Below are positions 36,778-49,615 of a stretch of 64,000 nucleotides of DNA, piece by piece. The translations under genes were made by a program, and so were the position numbers. Each line of letters begins with the position of its first letter. Position 1 is the first letter of the stretch. Source of the stretch: an uncultured beta proteobacterium (lineage in GTDB: Bacteria; Pseudomonadota; Gammaproteobacteria; Burkholderiales; SG8-39); NCBI GenBank assembly GCA_963782655.1, contig CAWALA010000012.1, positions 9,761-73,760 of the forward strand. Reading direction: 5' to 3'. The notes under the pieces are model-generated. The model was given only the letters and a program-made list of their open reading frames with translations, was not told the DNA's origin and ran no database searches.

Positions 36778-37206
36778 ATGAAGACCTTTGCGGCGAAACC
36801 GCAGGACGTGGTGCACGGCTGGTACCTGGTGAACGCCGAGGGCAAGGTGCTCGGCAGGCTGGCGTCCCAGATCGCGGCGCGCCTGCGCGGCAAGCACAAG
36901 CCCGAGTACACCCCGCATGTGGATACGGGCGACTTCATCATCGTGGTCAACGCCTCGAAGATCCGCGTGACCGGCAAGAAGGCGCAGGACAAGAAGTATT
37001 ACCGCCACACGACTTATCCGGGCGGCATCCGCGAGACCAACTTCGCCAAGCTGCAGGCGCAGCATCCCGAGCGCGTGCTGGAGAAGGCGGTGAAGGGCAT
37101 GCTGCCAAAGGGTCCGCTCGGCTACGCGATGCTGAAGAAACTGAAGGTCTATGCCGCCGGCACGCATCCGCATGCCGCGCAGCAACCCAAGGCACTCGAG
37201 GTCTAA
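36778..37206 (+). CDS. rplM: 50S ribosomal protein L13
   Basis: [38 protein letters not shown]; intact ORF. Confidence 0.99.
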   Translation: MKTFAAKPQDVVHGWYLVNAEGKVLGRLASQIAARLRGKHKPEYTPHVDTGDFIIVVNASKIRVTGKKAQDKKYYRHTTYPGGIRETNFAKLQAQHPERVLEKAVKGMLPKGPLGYAMLKKLKVYAAGTHPHAAQQPKALEV

Positions 37207-37212
37207 ACACAT

Positions 37213-37605
37213 ATGGTCGGCGACTACTACTACGGCACCGGGCGGCGCAAGAGCGCGGTGGCCCGCGTGTTCATCAAGCCCGGCAAGGGCCAGTTCGTCG
37301 TCAACGGCAAGCCGGTCGACGAGTTCTTCTCGCGCGAGACGGGCCGCATGATCGTGCGCCAGGCGCTCGAGGCGACCAAGAACGCCGCCAGCTTCGACAT
37401 CATGGTGAATGTCTACGGCGGCGGCGAGAACGGCCAGGCGGGCGCGGTGCGGCACGGCATCGCGCGCGCGCTCATCGAGTACGACGCGGCGCTCAAGCCG
37501 GCGCTCAGCGCGGCGGGACTGGTGACGCGCGATGCGCGCGAGGTCGAGCGCAAGAAGGTCGGCCTGCACAAGGCGCGCCGCCGCAAGCAGTTCTCCAAGC
37601 GCTGA
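37213..37605 (+). CDS. rpsI: 30S ribosomal protein S9
   Basis: [42 protein letters not shown]; intact ORF. Confidence 0.99.
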   Translation: MVGDYYYGTGRRKSAVARVFIKPGKGQFVVNGKPVDEFFSRETGRMIVRQALEATKNAASFDIMVNVYGGGENGQAGAVRHGIARALIEYDAALKPALSAAGLVTRDAREVERKKVGLHKARRRKQFSKR

Positions 37606-37633
37606 CGCTCCGGCGCGTGGCAGGCAAGCAGGC

Positions 37634-37665
37634 AAGGCCGCCCGCGGGCGGCCTTTTTGTTTTTT
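37634..37665 (+). terminator. intrinsic terminator after rpsI
   Basis: Palindrome AAGGCCGCCCGCGGGCGGCCTT followed by a T-rich tail. Confidence 0.85.
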
Positions 37666-37691
37666 CGGCGCCGCGGATGCATCATCGGGCC

Positions 37692-38456
37692 ATGCAGTTG
37701 ATCGCCAAGCTCGTGAAGCTGCGCCAGCGCTTCGGCATCGCCGCGCCGCGCGTCGCGGTGCGCTCGGAGGTCGCCTGGTACCTGCGCTGGGTCGGCCTGA
37801 TCCTGGTGCTGGCCTGCTCCGCCGCGCTGGCGGCGTGGATGTACGACGCGGGGCGGCGCTTCGCGGGGTTCGACCGCAGCGAGGTCGAGCAGGAGCTGGC
37901 CGAAGCGCGCCGCGACCTGGAGGCCACGCGCGCCGAGCTGGAGCGCGTGCGCGCGGTGGCCAACGCCGCGGACGCGAAGCTCTCGATCGAGCGCACGGCG
38001 CAGCTCAAGTTCGCGCAGCAGGTGCGCGGCCTCGAGCAGGAGACGGCGCGCCTGCGCGAGGAACTGGCAATCTTCGAGAGCATGCTGTCGGCGGAGTCGC
38101 GCGCGGCCAATCCGCTGTCGATCAACCGCTTCAAGGTGGTGCCGGACGTGCTGCCGGGGGAGTACCGCTACCGCCTGCTGCTGCTGCTCGCGCCGGGTAC
38201 CCGGCGCGATCGCGATTTCCAGGGGCGCCTCGAGCTGGTGGTCACCCTGACGGAGGGGGGCAAAAATGCTATGATGACCTTCCCCGAAAGCGGAGACCCC
38301 AGCGCTTCCGCTTTCCGCTTGGCTTTCAGGCACTTCCACCGCGTCGAAGGCATCTTTCGCGTGGACCCGAAGGCCAAGGTGGAAAGCGTGCAGATCAGGG
38401 TCTACGAGTCGGGATCGGACCAGGTCAAGGCCGCGCAGAGCGCGACCCTGGGTTGA
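37692..38456 (+). CDS. membrane-anchored coiled-coil protein (DUF6776-like)
   Basis: [15 protein letters not shown], one TM helix, [11 protein letters not shown], coiled coil, beta-rich C-domain (FRHFHRVEG). Confidence 0.75.
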   Translation: MQLIAKLVKLRQRFGIAAPRVAVRSEVAWYLRWVGLILVLACSAALAAWMYDAGRRFAGFDRSEVEQELAEARRDLEATRAELERVRAVANAADAKLSIERTAQLKFAQQVRGLEQETARLREELAIFESMLSAESRAANPLSINRFKVVPDVLPGEYRYRLLLLLAPGTRRDRDFQGRLELVVTLTEGGKNAMMTFPESGDPSASAFRLAFRHFHRVEGIFRVDPKAKVESVQIRVYESGSDQVKAAQSATLG

Positions 38457-38470
38457 AGGAGAGCGACGCC

Positions 38471-38884
38471 ATGTTCAACAAGACCGTGAAGCCGCAGAGC
38501 CGCATCGACAGCCTGATCGGCGCGACCACGCGCATCGAGGGCAACGTGTTCTTCAGCGGCGGGCTGCGCGTGGACGGCGCGGTGCGCGGCAACGTCGCGG
38601 CGCTGCCCGACCAGCCGGGTACCCTGGTGATGTCCGAGCACGCGCGCGTGGACGGCGAGGTATCGGCCTCGCACATCGTCGTCAACGGCACGATCAACGG
38701 CCCGGTGCATGCGGCGGAAACGCTCGAACTTCAAGCCGGGTCCCGGGTCAAAGGCGATGTGCACTACAAGAGCCTGGAGATCCAGCAGGGCGCGGTGGTC
38801 GAAGGCCGCCTCGTGCACCACGGCGGGGTCGAGTTGAAGAACGTGGAGCTCAAGCTCGCGTCCATCACCGAGAAGCCGCGCTGA
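38471..38884 (+). CDS. bactofilin (polymer-forming cytoskeletal protein, CcmA family)
   Basis: [29 protein letters not shown], beta-helical repeats, [18 protein letters not shown]. Confidence 0.92.
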   Translation: MFNKTVKPQSRIDSLIGATTRIEGNVFFSGGLRVDGAVRGNVAALPDQPGTLVMSEHARVDGEVSASHIVVNGTINGPVHAAETLELQAGSRVKGDVHYKSLEIQQGAVVEGRLVHHGGVELKNVELKLASITEKPR

Positions 38885-38913
38885 GCGCGACGGCGCAAAC
38901 CAAGGAGCAACGC

Positions 38914-39264
38914 ATGAACGCAGTCACCGATATGCCGGCCCCGCTGGTCTTCTCCGACAGCGCGGCGTCGAAGGTCAAGCAGCTGATCGAGGAGGAAGGC
39001 AACGCGGAGCTGAAGCTGCGCGTGTTCGTCTCCGGCGGCGGCTGCTCGGGCTTCCAGTACGGCTTCACCTTCGACGAGGTGAAGAACGAGGACGACACCG
39101 TGATGGAGAAGAACGGTGTCCAGCTGCTGATCGACCCGATGAGCTACCAGTACCTGGTCGGCGCCGAGATCGATTACCAGGAGGGGCTCGAGGGCGCCCA
39201 GTTCGTGATCAAGAACCCGAACGCCACCACCACCTGCGGCTGCGGATCGTCGTTCTCCGCCTAG
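38914..39264 (+). CDS. erpA: Fe-S cluster insertion protein ErpA
   Basis: [31 protein letters not shown]. Confidence 0.96.
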   Translation: MNAVTDMPAPLVFSDSAASKVKQLIEEEGNAELKLRVFVSGGGCSGFQYGFTFDEVKNEDDTVMEKNGVQLLIDPMSYQYLVGAEIDYQEGLEGAQFVIKNPNATTTCGCGSSFSA

Positions 39265-39287
39265 CGCGCGCTGCGCGGGGTACACGC

Positions 39288-39309
39288 AAGGGGGACTTCG
39301 GTCCCCCTT
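39288..39309. terminator. hairpin between convergent erpA and anmK (probable bidirectional terminator)
   Basis: AAGGGGGAC-TTCG-GTCCCCCTT (cUUCGg loop). Confidence 0.7.
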
Positions 39310-39316
39310 CGCATTT

Positions 39317-40413
39317 CTAGGGCGGGTAGATCGCGCCCAGCACCCGCGCGCCGCGCGCGCCGGTGACCGAAGGCAGGCTCGCCGGCATTTCCTCCAGCGC
39401 CTGGCGCGCGAGCCACGCGAATGCCGTCGCTTCCACCAGCGACGGCTCGATCCCGTGCTGCTCGCTCGAATCGACGGGCAGTGGCGCGAGCAACGCCCGC
39501 AGCCTTGCCATCAGCGCGCGGTTGCGCACCCCGCCGCCACAGGCGATCAGGCGCTGCGCGTCCCGGCAGTGGCGCGCGAGCGCATCCGCCACCGTGCGCG
39601 CGGTCAGCTCGAGCAGCGTTGCCTGGATCGCCTGCGGACCGGCCCCGCGCGGCAGTCGCGCGCGCAGCCACGCCTCGTTGAACAGGTCGCGCCCGGTGCT
39701 CTTGGGCGGCGACTGCGCGAAGAAAGGCTCGTCGAGCAGCCGCGCGAGCAGTTCCGAGTCGGCATGCGCGCCGCTGGCCCAGGCCCCGTCCCGGTCGATG
39801 GGCGTGCCCAGGTGCAGCTCGGCCCAGCGATCCATCAGGCAATTGCCGGGGCCGCAGTCGAACCCCGCCACGCTGCCGCGCGAGGGTAACCAAGTGAGAT
39901 TGGCGATGCCACCGAGGTTGAGCACCGCGCGATCCTCGGCGGCGGCGCGGAACACCGCGGCGTGGAATGCGGGGACGAGCGGCGCCCCCTGGCCACCCGC
40001 AGCGACGTCGCGGCTGCGGAAATCTGCCACGACGCGCGCCCCGCACAGCTCCGCAAGCAGCGCCGGGTTGCCCAGCTGGAGCGTGTAGCCCGCCTCGGGG
40101 CGATGGCGCACCGTCTGGCCGTGGCAGCCGACTGCGCGCACGCGTGCGGCCGGCACGCGAGGCGCGCGCCAGCACCTCGGCGACGGCGGCGGCGTAGATG
40201 CGGGAAAGGGCGTTCGCGCATAGCGCGGCGCGCTCGAGTTCCCCGTTTCCCGCGGTGTTCAGCGCGAGCAGCTCGGCACGCAGCGCGGCGTCGAAGGGCT
40301 GGTGCACGGAAGCGAGGATTGCGCGGCGCCGGACCCGCCAAGTCGGCCAGAACCGCGTCGACTCCGTCGAGGCTGGTCCCCGACATGAGCCCGACGTAGA
40401 GCTCCGCGCTCAC
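39317..40413 (-). CDS. anmK: anhydro-N-acetylmuramic acid kinase
   Basis: VGLMSGTSLDGVD, GCHGQTVRH, DFRSRDVAAGGQGAPLVP, NLGGIAN, FDCGPGN, PKSTGR. Confidence 0.95.
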
Positions 40414-41673
40414 TCCAGCAGCGCGATCGGGTTGGCGGCGAGCAGCTCCAGCCGGGCGAGCAGCGGCTCGGCGTGGCGCCGGTAGGCGGCCAGATCCGCC
40501 GGCGGGACCGGTTCGCCGGCGGGCATCGCGATGGCGTAGGGATTGCGTGATTGGCCGGCGACGCGGAATTCGTAGTGCAGGTGGGGGCCGGTGGCCCAGC
40601 CGGTCTGGCCGACGAAGCCGATCACGTCGCCTTGCGCGACGCGTGCGCCGCGCTGCATGCCGGGCGCAAAGCGCGAAAGGTGCGCGTAGACCGTCGAGTA
40701 CTGGCCGCGGTGGCGCACGATCACCATGTTGCCGTAGCCCGCCTTCGGCCCTGCAAACTCGACCACGCCGTCGCCCGCCGCGCGCACGCGCGTGCCGGTG
40801 GGCGCCGCGAAATCGACGCCGCTGTGGGCTCGCCAGGTACTGCTGGAACGGATGGCGGCGCATGCCGAAGCCGGAGCTGATGCGCGAGTACTCCAGCGGC
40901 GAGCGCAGGAACGCCTTGCGCAGGTTGCTGCCGTCGGGCGCGTAGTAGCCGCCGCCGCCCTGCGCCAGCGCGTAGTGCAAGGCGCGATGGCGCCGGCCCT
41001 GGTTCACGAACTCGGCGGCCAGCACGCGCCCCGCATGCACCGGCGTGCCCGTCCAGGTAGTACTGCTCGTAGACCACGGCGAAGCGGTCGCCCTGGCGCA
41101 GCTCGCGATGGAAGTCGACGTCGCCGGCGAAGATGTCCGCGATCTGCACCGCGACCGAGTCGGGCATGCCGGCGGCGTCCGCGGCGGCGAACAGCGAGCT
41201 GCGGATCGTGCCGGTGCGCATGAGAATCTCCGTGCGCAGCGGTGCAGCGCCTTCCATGGCGCGAAAGCCCTCGCCGGCGCGCTCCACGGTGGTGAGCGTG
41301 CCGCGCCCGGAGAGGTAGCTCAGACGCAGCAACTCCCCTTCGGCGTTGACCTCGCCGGCGACGGTGTGCCCGGGACGCAGCAGCCGCAACGCAGGCGTGC
41401 GCACGAGCTTGCGCGCGTCGGCGTCGGAGACGCCGAGGCGCCCGAGCATTCCGGCCAGCGTGTCGCCGCGCTGGAAGCGCTCTTCGCGCCGGAAGGAGGC
41501 GGGCGCCGGCAAGCAGCGACTCCGCGGCGCGCAGCGCGACCGGCTCGATCGACAGCGCCCTCGGCGGCAGGCGCCGGGATCTCCGGCACCATGGTGGCGA
41601 ACGCCGCAACGGCGCCGGACAATGCCAGCGCGGCGAGCAGCGCGGCGCGCACCAGGGGCGTGATCTTGCTCAT
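40410..41673 (-). CDS. M23-family peptidoglycan endopeptidase (MepM-like)
   Basis: FLRSPLEYSRISSGF, HxxxD (HSGVDFAAP), YAHLS, GWATGPHLHYEF. Confidence 0.9.
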
Positions 41674-41684
41674 GGATCGGCTAG

Positions 41685-42946
<1,262 letters not shown>

Positions 42947-42950
<4 letters not shown>

Positions 42951-43729
42951 CCACTCCGCAGTACGAGGTCTACGCCATCAAGTACGCGCACCACGCGCGC
43001 ACCGCGAAGGAGAATTTCCTCGGCGGCGATCCGCACGACGGGCCGATGCCGATGGACTACTTCGTCTGGCTGATCCGCGGGCACGGGCGCGACATCGTCG
43101 TCGACACCGGCTTCAACGTCGCGATGGCGGCGAAGCGCGCGCGGCGCGTCACGCTGCCCGTCGAGCAGGGACTCGCTCTGATGGGCGTGGATGCGGCCGG
43201 CGTGAAGGACGTCGCGATCACGCACCTGCACTACGACCACGTGGGCAATTTCGACCTGTTCCCGGCGGCCACCTTCCACCTGCAGGACCTCGAGATGCAG
43301 TACGCCACCGGCCGCTGCATGGCGGTGGAGGCGATGCGCCACGCCTACGAGCTCGAGGACGTGGTCGGCATGGTGCGGCGCGTGTACGCGGGGCGCGTGC
43401 GGTTCCACGACGGCGACGGCGAGATCGCGCCGGGCGTGACGCTGCACCACGTCGGCGGCCACACCATGGGCCTGCAGATCGTGCGCGTCGCCACGCGCCG
43501 CGGCTGGGTGGTGCTCGCCTCGGACGCGAGCCACTACTACGCCAACATGGAGCAGGCCCGGCCGTTCCCCATCGTCTACAACGTCGGCGACATGGTCGAG
43601 GGCTGGCGCAGGGCGCACGCGCTGGCCGATTCGGCGGCGCACGTCATTCCGGGGCACGACCCGCTGGTGCTGGAGCGCTATCCGGCGCCCGCGCCCGGCC
43701 TCGCCGGCATCGTCGCGCGGCTCGATTAG
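42947..43729 (+). CDS. metallo-beta-lactamase-fold hydrolase, N-acyl-homoserine-lactonase-like family
   Basis: VVDTG, THLHYDHVG (HxHxDH), GGHTMG, SDASH, PGHD. Confidence 0.85.
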
Positions 43730-43750
43730 CGTTGGATCACCCACGCTTCG

Positions 43751-43780
43751 TTGACATGGCGGCGGCGGGGGGCCTAACAT
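43751..43780 (+). promoter_or_regulatory. sigma70 promoter of TRAP SBP 1
   Basis: TTGACA-18 nt-TAACAT. Confidence 0.7.
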
Positions 43781-43832
43781 CGTCAAGTTTTCCTCTGGCA
43801 CAAAACCTACAACGCAACGAATAGGAGCGATC

Positions 43833-44974
43833 ATGCGCACGGCATTCCGCAAGGTCTTTGCGCTGACGGCGCTCGCAGCCGCCCTGGGCTACACGGTCAC
43901 GGCAGGCGCGCAGCAGCCGGCAGGCGCTAGGACGCTCAAGATGCAATCCACCTGGCCCGCGAGCCTCACGCTGCAGGACAACTTCAAGATGTTCGCCGAG
44001 CGAGTCGACAAGCTGACCTGCGGCCAGCTCAAGATCGACGCGATGGCGGCGGGCCAGATCGTGCCGGCCTTCGAGATCCTCGATGCCACGCACAAGAAGG
44101 TGATCGACGGCGGCCACGGCGTGTCGTACTACTGGGTCGGCAAGGCACAAGGCGGCGACGCTGTTCTCCTCCACGCCGGCGGGCCCCTTCGGCATGGACC
44201 AGATCGACTTCATGGGCTGGCTGTACGAGGGCGGCGGCCTCGACCTCTGGTGGGATTTCTACCAGAAGGAGCTCAAGCTCAACGTGCTCGTCGTTCCCGA
44301 TCCTGCCCTCCAGCCCGCAGGCCTTCGGCTGGTTCAAGCGGCCGATCAAGAACCTCGCCGACTTCAAGGGCATGAAGTGCCGCCAGACCGGCATCGTCGC
44401 CGAGATCTTCCAGAGAATGGGCATGACGACGGTGAACATGCCGGGCGGCGAGATCGTGCCCGTCGGCGCAGCGCGGCGTGATCGACTGCGCCGAGTGGGT
44501 CGGCGGCGTGGAGGACCTGCGCCTCGGCTTGCCGCAGGTGTGGAAGTACCACTACGTGCCGGGCATGCACGAGCCGAGCGTCATCGGCGAGCTGATCATC
44601 AACACGCGAGGTGTGGGCGTCGCTTCCCGCGCAGCAGCAGGAGGCGATCCGCTCGGCCACCGTCGAGACGTTCCTGCGCTGGTGGGCGAGATGGCAGAAG
44701 CAGAATGCCGATGCGATCGACGAGATGCGCACCAAGCACGGCACGCAGATCCTGCGCACGCCGCCCGACATCCTGATCGCGTTCCTCAAGACCTGGGACA
44801 TGATGGCGAAGGAAGAGTCGGCCAAGAGCCCGTTCTTCAAGAAGGTGCTCGACTCGCAGCGGGCGTACGCGGCGAAGGTGGTGCCGGCCAAGCGCTTCAT
44901 GAATCCCGCCGTACTCGTTCGCGGCCAATTACTACTGGCCCGAGGCCAAGCCGGCCGCGAAGGGCAAGAAGTAG
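43833..44974 (+). CDS. TRAP transporter substrate-binding protein (DctP/TakP-like), copy 1
   Basis: Signal peptide, LKMQSTWP, AAGQIVPAFEILDA, YWVGK, GWFKRPI, GMKCR, DCAEWVGG. Confidence 0.9.
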
Positions 44975-44996
44975 CGCGCATCGAACAAGTGCATGG

Positions 44997-45030
44997 CGAG
45001 AAGGGCCGCCGCGGCGGCCCCTTCTCGTTC
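44997..45030 (+). terminator. hairpin/terminator after SBP 1
   Basis: GAGAAGGGCCGCCGCGGCGGCCCCTTCTC inverted repeat with a weak T tail. Confidence 0.65.
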
Positions 45031-45038
45031 TTATCCGG

Positions 45039-45067
45039 TTGACCGGCCAATTTCCAGCGTGTAGTCT
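45039..45067 (+). promoter_or_regulatory. sigma70 promoter of TRAP SBP 2
   Basis: TTGACC-17 nt-TAGTCT. Confidence 0.65.
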
Positions 45068-45106
45068 GCGTTTCGCCTTGCGAAATCAACTTGGAGGAGG
45101 GGAATC

Positions 45107-46226
45107 ATGAGGCTATTCGTCCGTTCGGCCGTCGCGCTCGCGGCCACAGCAGCATTCACTGCGGGAGCGCAGGCCCAGCAACGAATCTCAAGATGCAGGC
45201 CACCTGGCCGGCGAGCCTGACGCTGTACGAGAACTTCACCTACTTCGCCGAACGCGTCAACAAGATGTCGGGCGGCTCGCTCAAGATCGAAACCATGCCG
45301 GCGGGACAGGTGGTGCCGGCGTTCGAGGTGCTCGACGCCACGCACAAGAAAGTGCTCGACGGCGCGCACGCCTGGTCGGGCTACTGGGTCGGCAAGAACA
45401 AGGCCGCGATCCTGTGCACGGGCGGCCCGGGCGGCACCTTCGGCATGGACATGATCGACGCCATCGGCTGGATGCACCACGGCGGCGGCATCGATCTGTG
45501 CAACGAGTTCTTCCAGAAGGAGCTCAAGCTCAACGTGCAGTGGTTCCCGATCCTGCCCTCCGGCCCGCAGGCCTTCGGCTGGTTCAAGCGGCCGATCAAG
45601 AACCTGGCGGACTTCAAGGGCATGAAGTGCCGCCAGACCGGCATGGCCGCCGAGGTCTGGCAGCGGATGGGCATGACAGACGGTCAACATGCCCGGCGGC
45701 GAGATCATCCCGTCGGCGCAGCGCGGCGTGATCGACTGCGCCGAGTGGGTCGGCGGCGTGGAGGACCTGCGCCTCGGCTTCCAGAACGTGTGGAAGTACC
45801 ACTACACGCCCGGGCATGCACGAGAACGTCACCATCGGCGAGGTGCTGTTCAACATGGACGTGTGGAAGGCGCTGAAGCCCGAGCACCAGGAAATGATCA
45901 AGTCGGCCGCCAACGAGACCTTCCTCGTCTGGTGGGCGAAGTGGCAGCGGCAGAACGCCGACGCGATCAAGGAGCTGCAGGAGAAGCACGGCGTGCGCAT
46001 CCTGCGCACCCCGCCGGACATCCTGATCGCGTTCCTCAAGACCTGGGACACGATCGCGGCGGAAGAGGGCGCGAAGAACCCGTTCTTCAAGAAGGTGCAC
46101 GACTCGCAGCGCGCCTACGCGTCGCTGGTGGTGCCGGCGAAGCGCTTCATGTTCCCGCCGTATTCGTTCGCGGCGAACTACTACTGGCCCGAGAAGGCAG
46201 CAGCGCCGGCGGCGAAGAAGAAATAG
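45107..46226 (+). CDS. TRAP transporter substrate-binding protein (DctP/TakP-like), copy 2
   Basis: LKMQATWPASL, PAGQVVPAFEVLDA, YWVGK, GWFKRPI, GMKCR; clear paralogue of copy 1. Confidence 0.9.
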
Positions 46227-46242
46227 CGCTGCGATGCTCAAC

Positions 46243-46270
46243 ACGGGGGCGGATATCCGCCCCCGTTTTT
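46243..46270 (+). terminator. intrinsic terminator/attenuating hairpin between SBP 2 and dctQ
   Basis: 24-bp palindrome ACGGGGGCGGATATCCGCCCCCGT followed by T residues. Confidence 0.8.
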
Positions 46271-46322
46271 CGTTTAAGGGCGCGCGGGCCTGACGGCGCG
46301 CCGACACGACAAGGGCAAGGCA

Positions 46323-46874
46323 ATGGCTGAACCGGTTGCGTTCCACATCCGGCTGGTCCGGATCATCGACAAGTTCACCGACACCACCGGCACCTGGGTG
46401 GCGTGGCTCAACGTGCCGCTGGTGCTGGCGGTGGCCTACGAGGTCTTCGCGCGCTACCTGTTCAATGCGCCGACCATCTGGTCGTTCGACGTCACCTACA
46501 TGCTCTACGGCACGATCTTCATGCTCGGCTCGGCCTACGCGCTGCACAAGGGCGCGCACATCCGCACCGACTTCTTCTTCGAGAAGTGGTCGATCCGCAC
46601 CAAGGGCATGATCGATTCGATCGCCTTCCTCGTGTTCTTCTTCCCGTCGATCTTCGTGTTCTTCCTGGTCAGCGGGAGCGAGGGCTGGTACGCGATGCTG
46701 ATCGGCGAGACCTCGGAGCAGACGCCGTGGCGGCCGATCCTGTGGCCGTTCAAGCTGGTGGTGCCGCTCGCCTGCCTGCTGCTGCTGATCCAGGGCATCT
46801 CGGAGACCATCAAGAGCGTCTACGCCGCGCGCTGGGGCATCGAGCTCGAGCACAAGGAGAAGGTCGAAATATGA
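46323..46874 (+). CDS. dctQ: TRAP transporter small permease
   Basis: YEVFARYLFNAPTIW, AHIRTD, four TM segments. Confidence 0.9.
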   Translation: MAEPVAFHIRLVRIIDKFTDTTGTWVAWLNVPLVLAVAYEVFARYLFNAPTIWSFDVTYMLYGTIFMLGSAYALHKGAHIRTDFFFEKWSIRTKGMIDSIAFLVFFFPSIFVFFLVSGSEGWYAMLIGETSEQTPWRPILWPFKLVVPLACLLLLIQGISETIKSVYAARWGIELEHKEKVEI

Positions 46875-48395
46875 GCGGCCTCGCGCTGCTCGGCCTGATC
46901 ATGCTGGCTGGTGATGATCGGCGTCATCTTCATCGGCTTCCCGATCAGCTTCACCCTGCTGTTCCTCGCGCTCACCTTCGGCTACTTCGGCCTGGGCGAG
47001 ATGGTGTTCAGCCTGGCCTACTTCCAGACCATCGGCATGATGAAGGAGGAGCTGCTGGCGGCGGTGCCGCTGTTCATCCTCATGGGCTTCCTCACCGAGC
47101 AGGCGGGGCTGATGGAGCGCCTGTTCGTCGCCCTGCGCAACATCCTCGCGCCGATCCGCGGCTCGCTGTTCGCGGTGGTGATCCTGACCGCCACCATCTT
47201 CGCCATGGCCACCGGCATCGTCGGGGCGGCGGTGACGGTGCTCGGCATCATGGCGAGCCCGATCATGATCAAGACCGGCTACGACGGGAAGCTTGCCGCC
47301 GGCGCGATCACCGCGGGCGGCACGCTCGGCATCCTGATCCCGCCCTCGGTGATGCTGATCGTGATGGGCCCGGTGCTCGGCGTGTCGGTGGCCGACCTCT
47401 ATGCGGCGGCATTCGGCCCTGGGTTCCTGCTCGCGGGCATGTACCTCGTCTACCTGATGGGCCGCGCCTTCATCAACCCGAAGCTCGGTCCGCCGGTGCC
47501 GATGGAAGAGCGGATCCACAGCATGAGGGTCATGCTGAAGGAGGTGCTGGTCGGCGTGGTGCCGCTGGTCGCGTTGATCGCGGCAGCGCTGGGTTCGATC
47601 CTCGCGGGACTCGCCACGCCGACCGAGGCGGCGGGCATCGGCGCCCTCGGCGCGGCGCTCCTCGCCGCGGCCTACGGCAAGCTTACCTACGCGGGGCTCA
47701 AGCGCGCGGTGCTCTCGACCACCGCGACCTCCGCCATGGTGCTGCTGCTGGCGACGACCTCGAACATCTTCGGCGCGGTGTTCGCGCGCATGGGTTCGGC
47801 CAACTGGATCACCGAGACGATGCTCGCGCTGCCGTTCTCGCCGGTGATGATGCTGGTCGTCGTGCTGGTGCTGGTGTTCCTGCTCGGCTGGCCGTTCGAA
47901 TGGCCGGCGATCATCCTGGTGTTCCTGCCGATCTTCTACCCGGTGATGGATGCGCTGAAGCCGCAGCTCGGCCAGGCGATGGGCATCCCGGTGGACATGG
48001 TGATGGTCTGGTTCGGTGCGCTGGTCGCGGTCACGCTGCAGACGGCGTTCCTGTCGCCGCCGGTGGCGATGTCGGCCTACTACCTGCGGCAGGTGGTGAA
48101 GGAATGGTCGCTCGCGACGATCTACAAGGGCATGTTCGAGTTCATGATCCTGCAGTGCATCGCGATCGCCCTGATCGTGATCTTCCCGAGTATCGCGACC
48201 GAGTTCCCCATGCAATTGCAGGAGGAATCGCGCGCAGTCAAGACCGACGAAGTGGATGACAGCATGAACCGCCTCGAGTCCGATCCGCTGAAGGGCGCGC
48301 AGGACGAGGCCGAGGGCAAGGATGGTGAGGAGGAGGGAGGGGAGGCAGAAAAAGATCTGGAACAAGACCCGTTGTCGACGAAGAGCAAGAAGTAG
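46871..48395 (+). CDS. dctM: TRAP transporter large permease
   Basis: AVPLFILMG, ATGIVGA, GGTLGILIPPSVML, ATPTEAA, LQTAFLSPP. Confidence 0.92.
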
Positions 48396-48418
48396 ACGGC
48401 GACAGTCCCCTGATTCCG

Positions 48419-48448
48419 ACGCCGGGCCCTGCCCGGCGTTTTTGTTTT
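48419..48448 (+). terminator. intrinsic terminator after dctM
   Basis: ACGCCGGGC-CCT-GCCCGGCGT followed by TTTTGTTTT. Confidence 0.8.
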
Positions 48449-48459
48449 ACCCTTCGCGC

Positions 48460-49615
48460 ATGCCGTTCGATTTCGACGCCCCGGTGGACCGCGCCGGCAC
48501 CTGGTCCTCGCGCTGGGAGCGCTACGCCGGGCGCGACGTGATCCCGCTGTGGGTGGCGGACACCGACTTCCGTGCGCCGCCCTGCGTGCTCGACGCGCTC
48601 GCCGAGCGCCTGCGGCACGGCGTGCTCGGCTACACGGCGCCGCCGCAGGAGTTGCGCGAGGCGATCGTGGCGCGCATGCGGCGCCTGTACCGCTGGCGCA
48701 TCGAGCCCGACTGGATCGTGTTCCTGCCGGGCGTGGTGCCCGGGCTGCACCTGGCTGCGCGCCACCTGCTGCCCGCGGACGGCCACGCGCTGGTGCCGAC
48801 GCCCGATCTACCACCACTTCAAGCGCGCGGTCGAGATCGCACCGCGGGCGCATAGCGATGTGCCGCTCGTGCTGCGCGCGGGCCGGTGGGTGTTCGACGA
48901 GGAGCGGCTTGCCGCGGCCGTGCGCCCGACCTCGCGCCTGCTCTATCTGTGCAACCCGCAGAACCCCGGCGGCACCATCTTCACGCGCGGAGAGCTCGAG
49001 CGGCTTGCCGGCCTCGCCGAGCGGCACGGGCTGGTGATCTGCTCGGACGAGATCCACGCCGACCTGCTGCTCGACGCAGGCAAGCCGCACGTGCCCGATC
49101 GCCAGCCTGTCGTCCGGAGGTCTCGCGGCGCACGGTGACGCTCGCCTCGCCCAACAAGACCTTCAATTTTCCGGGCGCCGGCTGCGCCTGGGCGATCGTG
49201 GAGGACGCCACGCTGCGCCGCGCCATGGCCGCCGACCACCACGCCACCGTGCACGATGCGTCGCTCTTCGGCTACATCGCGTCGCTCGCCGCCTATCGCG
49301 AAGGCGATGCCTGGCTGACGGCGCAGCTCGAGTACCTGCGCGCGAACCGCGATGCGGTCGAGCGCGCCATCGCGGGGATGCCGGGGCTGTCGATGGCGCA
49401 CGTCGAGGCGACCTATCTCGCCTGGATCGATGCGTCGGGCCTGGGGGTCAAGGACCCGGCAGCGCATTTCCTCGCGCATGGCGTCGCGCTCTCCCCGGGC
49501 GAGCAGTTCGGGGCGCCGGGCTACGTGCGGCTCAACTTCGGCACTCAGCGCGCGCGGCTGGACGGCGGCCCTGGCGCGGATGGCCTCGGCGGTCTCCAGC
49601 ACGCGCGCGAGGTGA
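48460..49615 (+). CDS. MalY/PatB-family PLP-dependent C-S lyase (cystathionine/cysteine-S-conjugate beta-lyase)
   Basis: IPLWVADTDF, GVVPG, LCNPQNPGG, SDEIHADL, PNKTFN, ATYLAWID, RLNFG. Confidence 0.9.

Noticed and set aside
36365-36781. 138-aa ORF spanning the osmC-rplM spacer
   Set aside because: Atypical codon usage; it overlaps promoters, the sRNA and its terminator.
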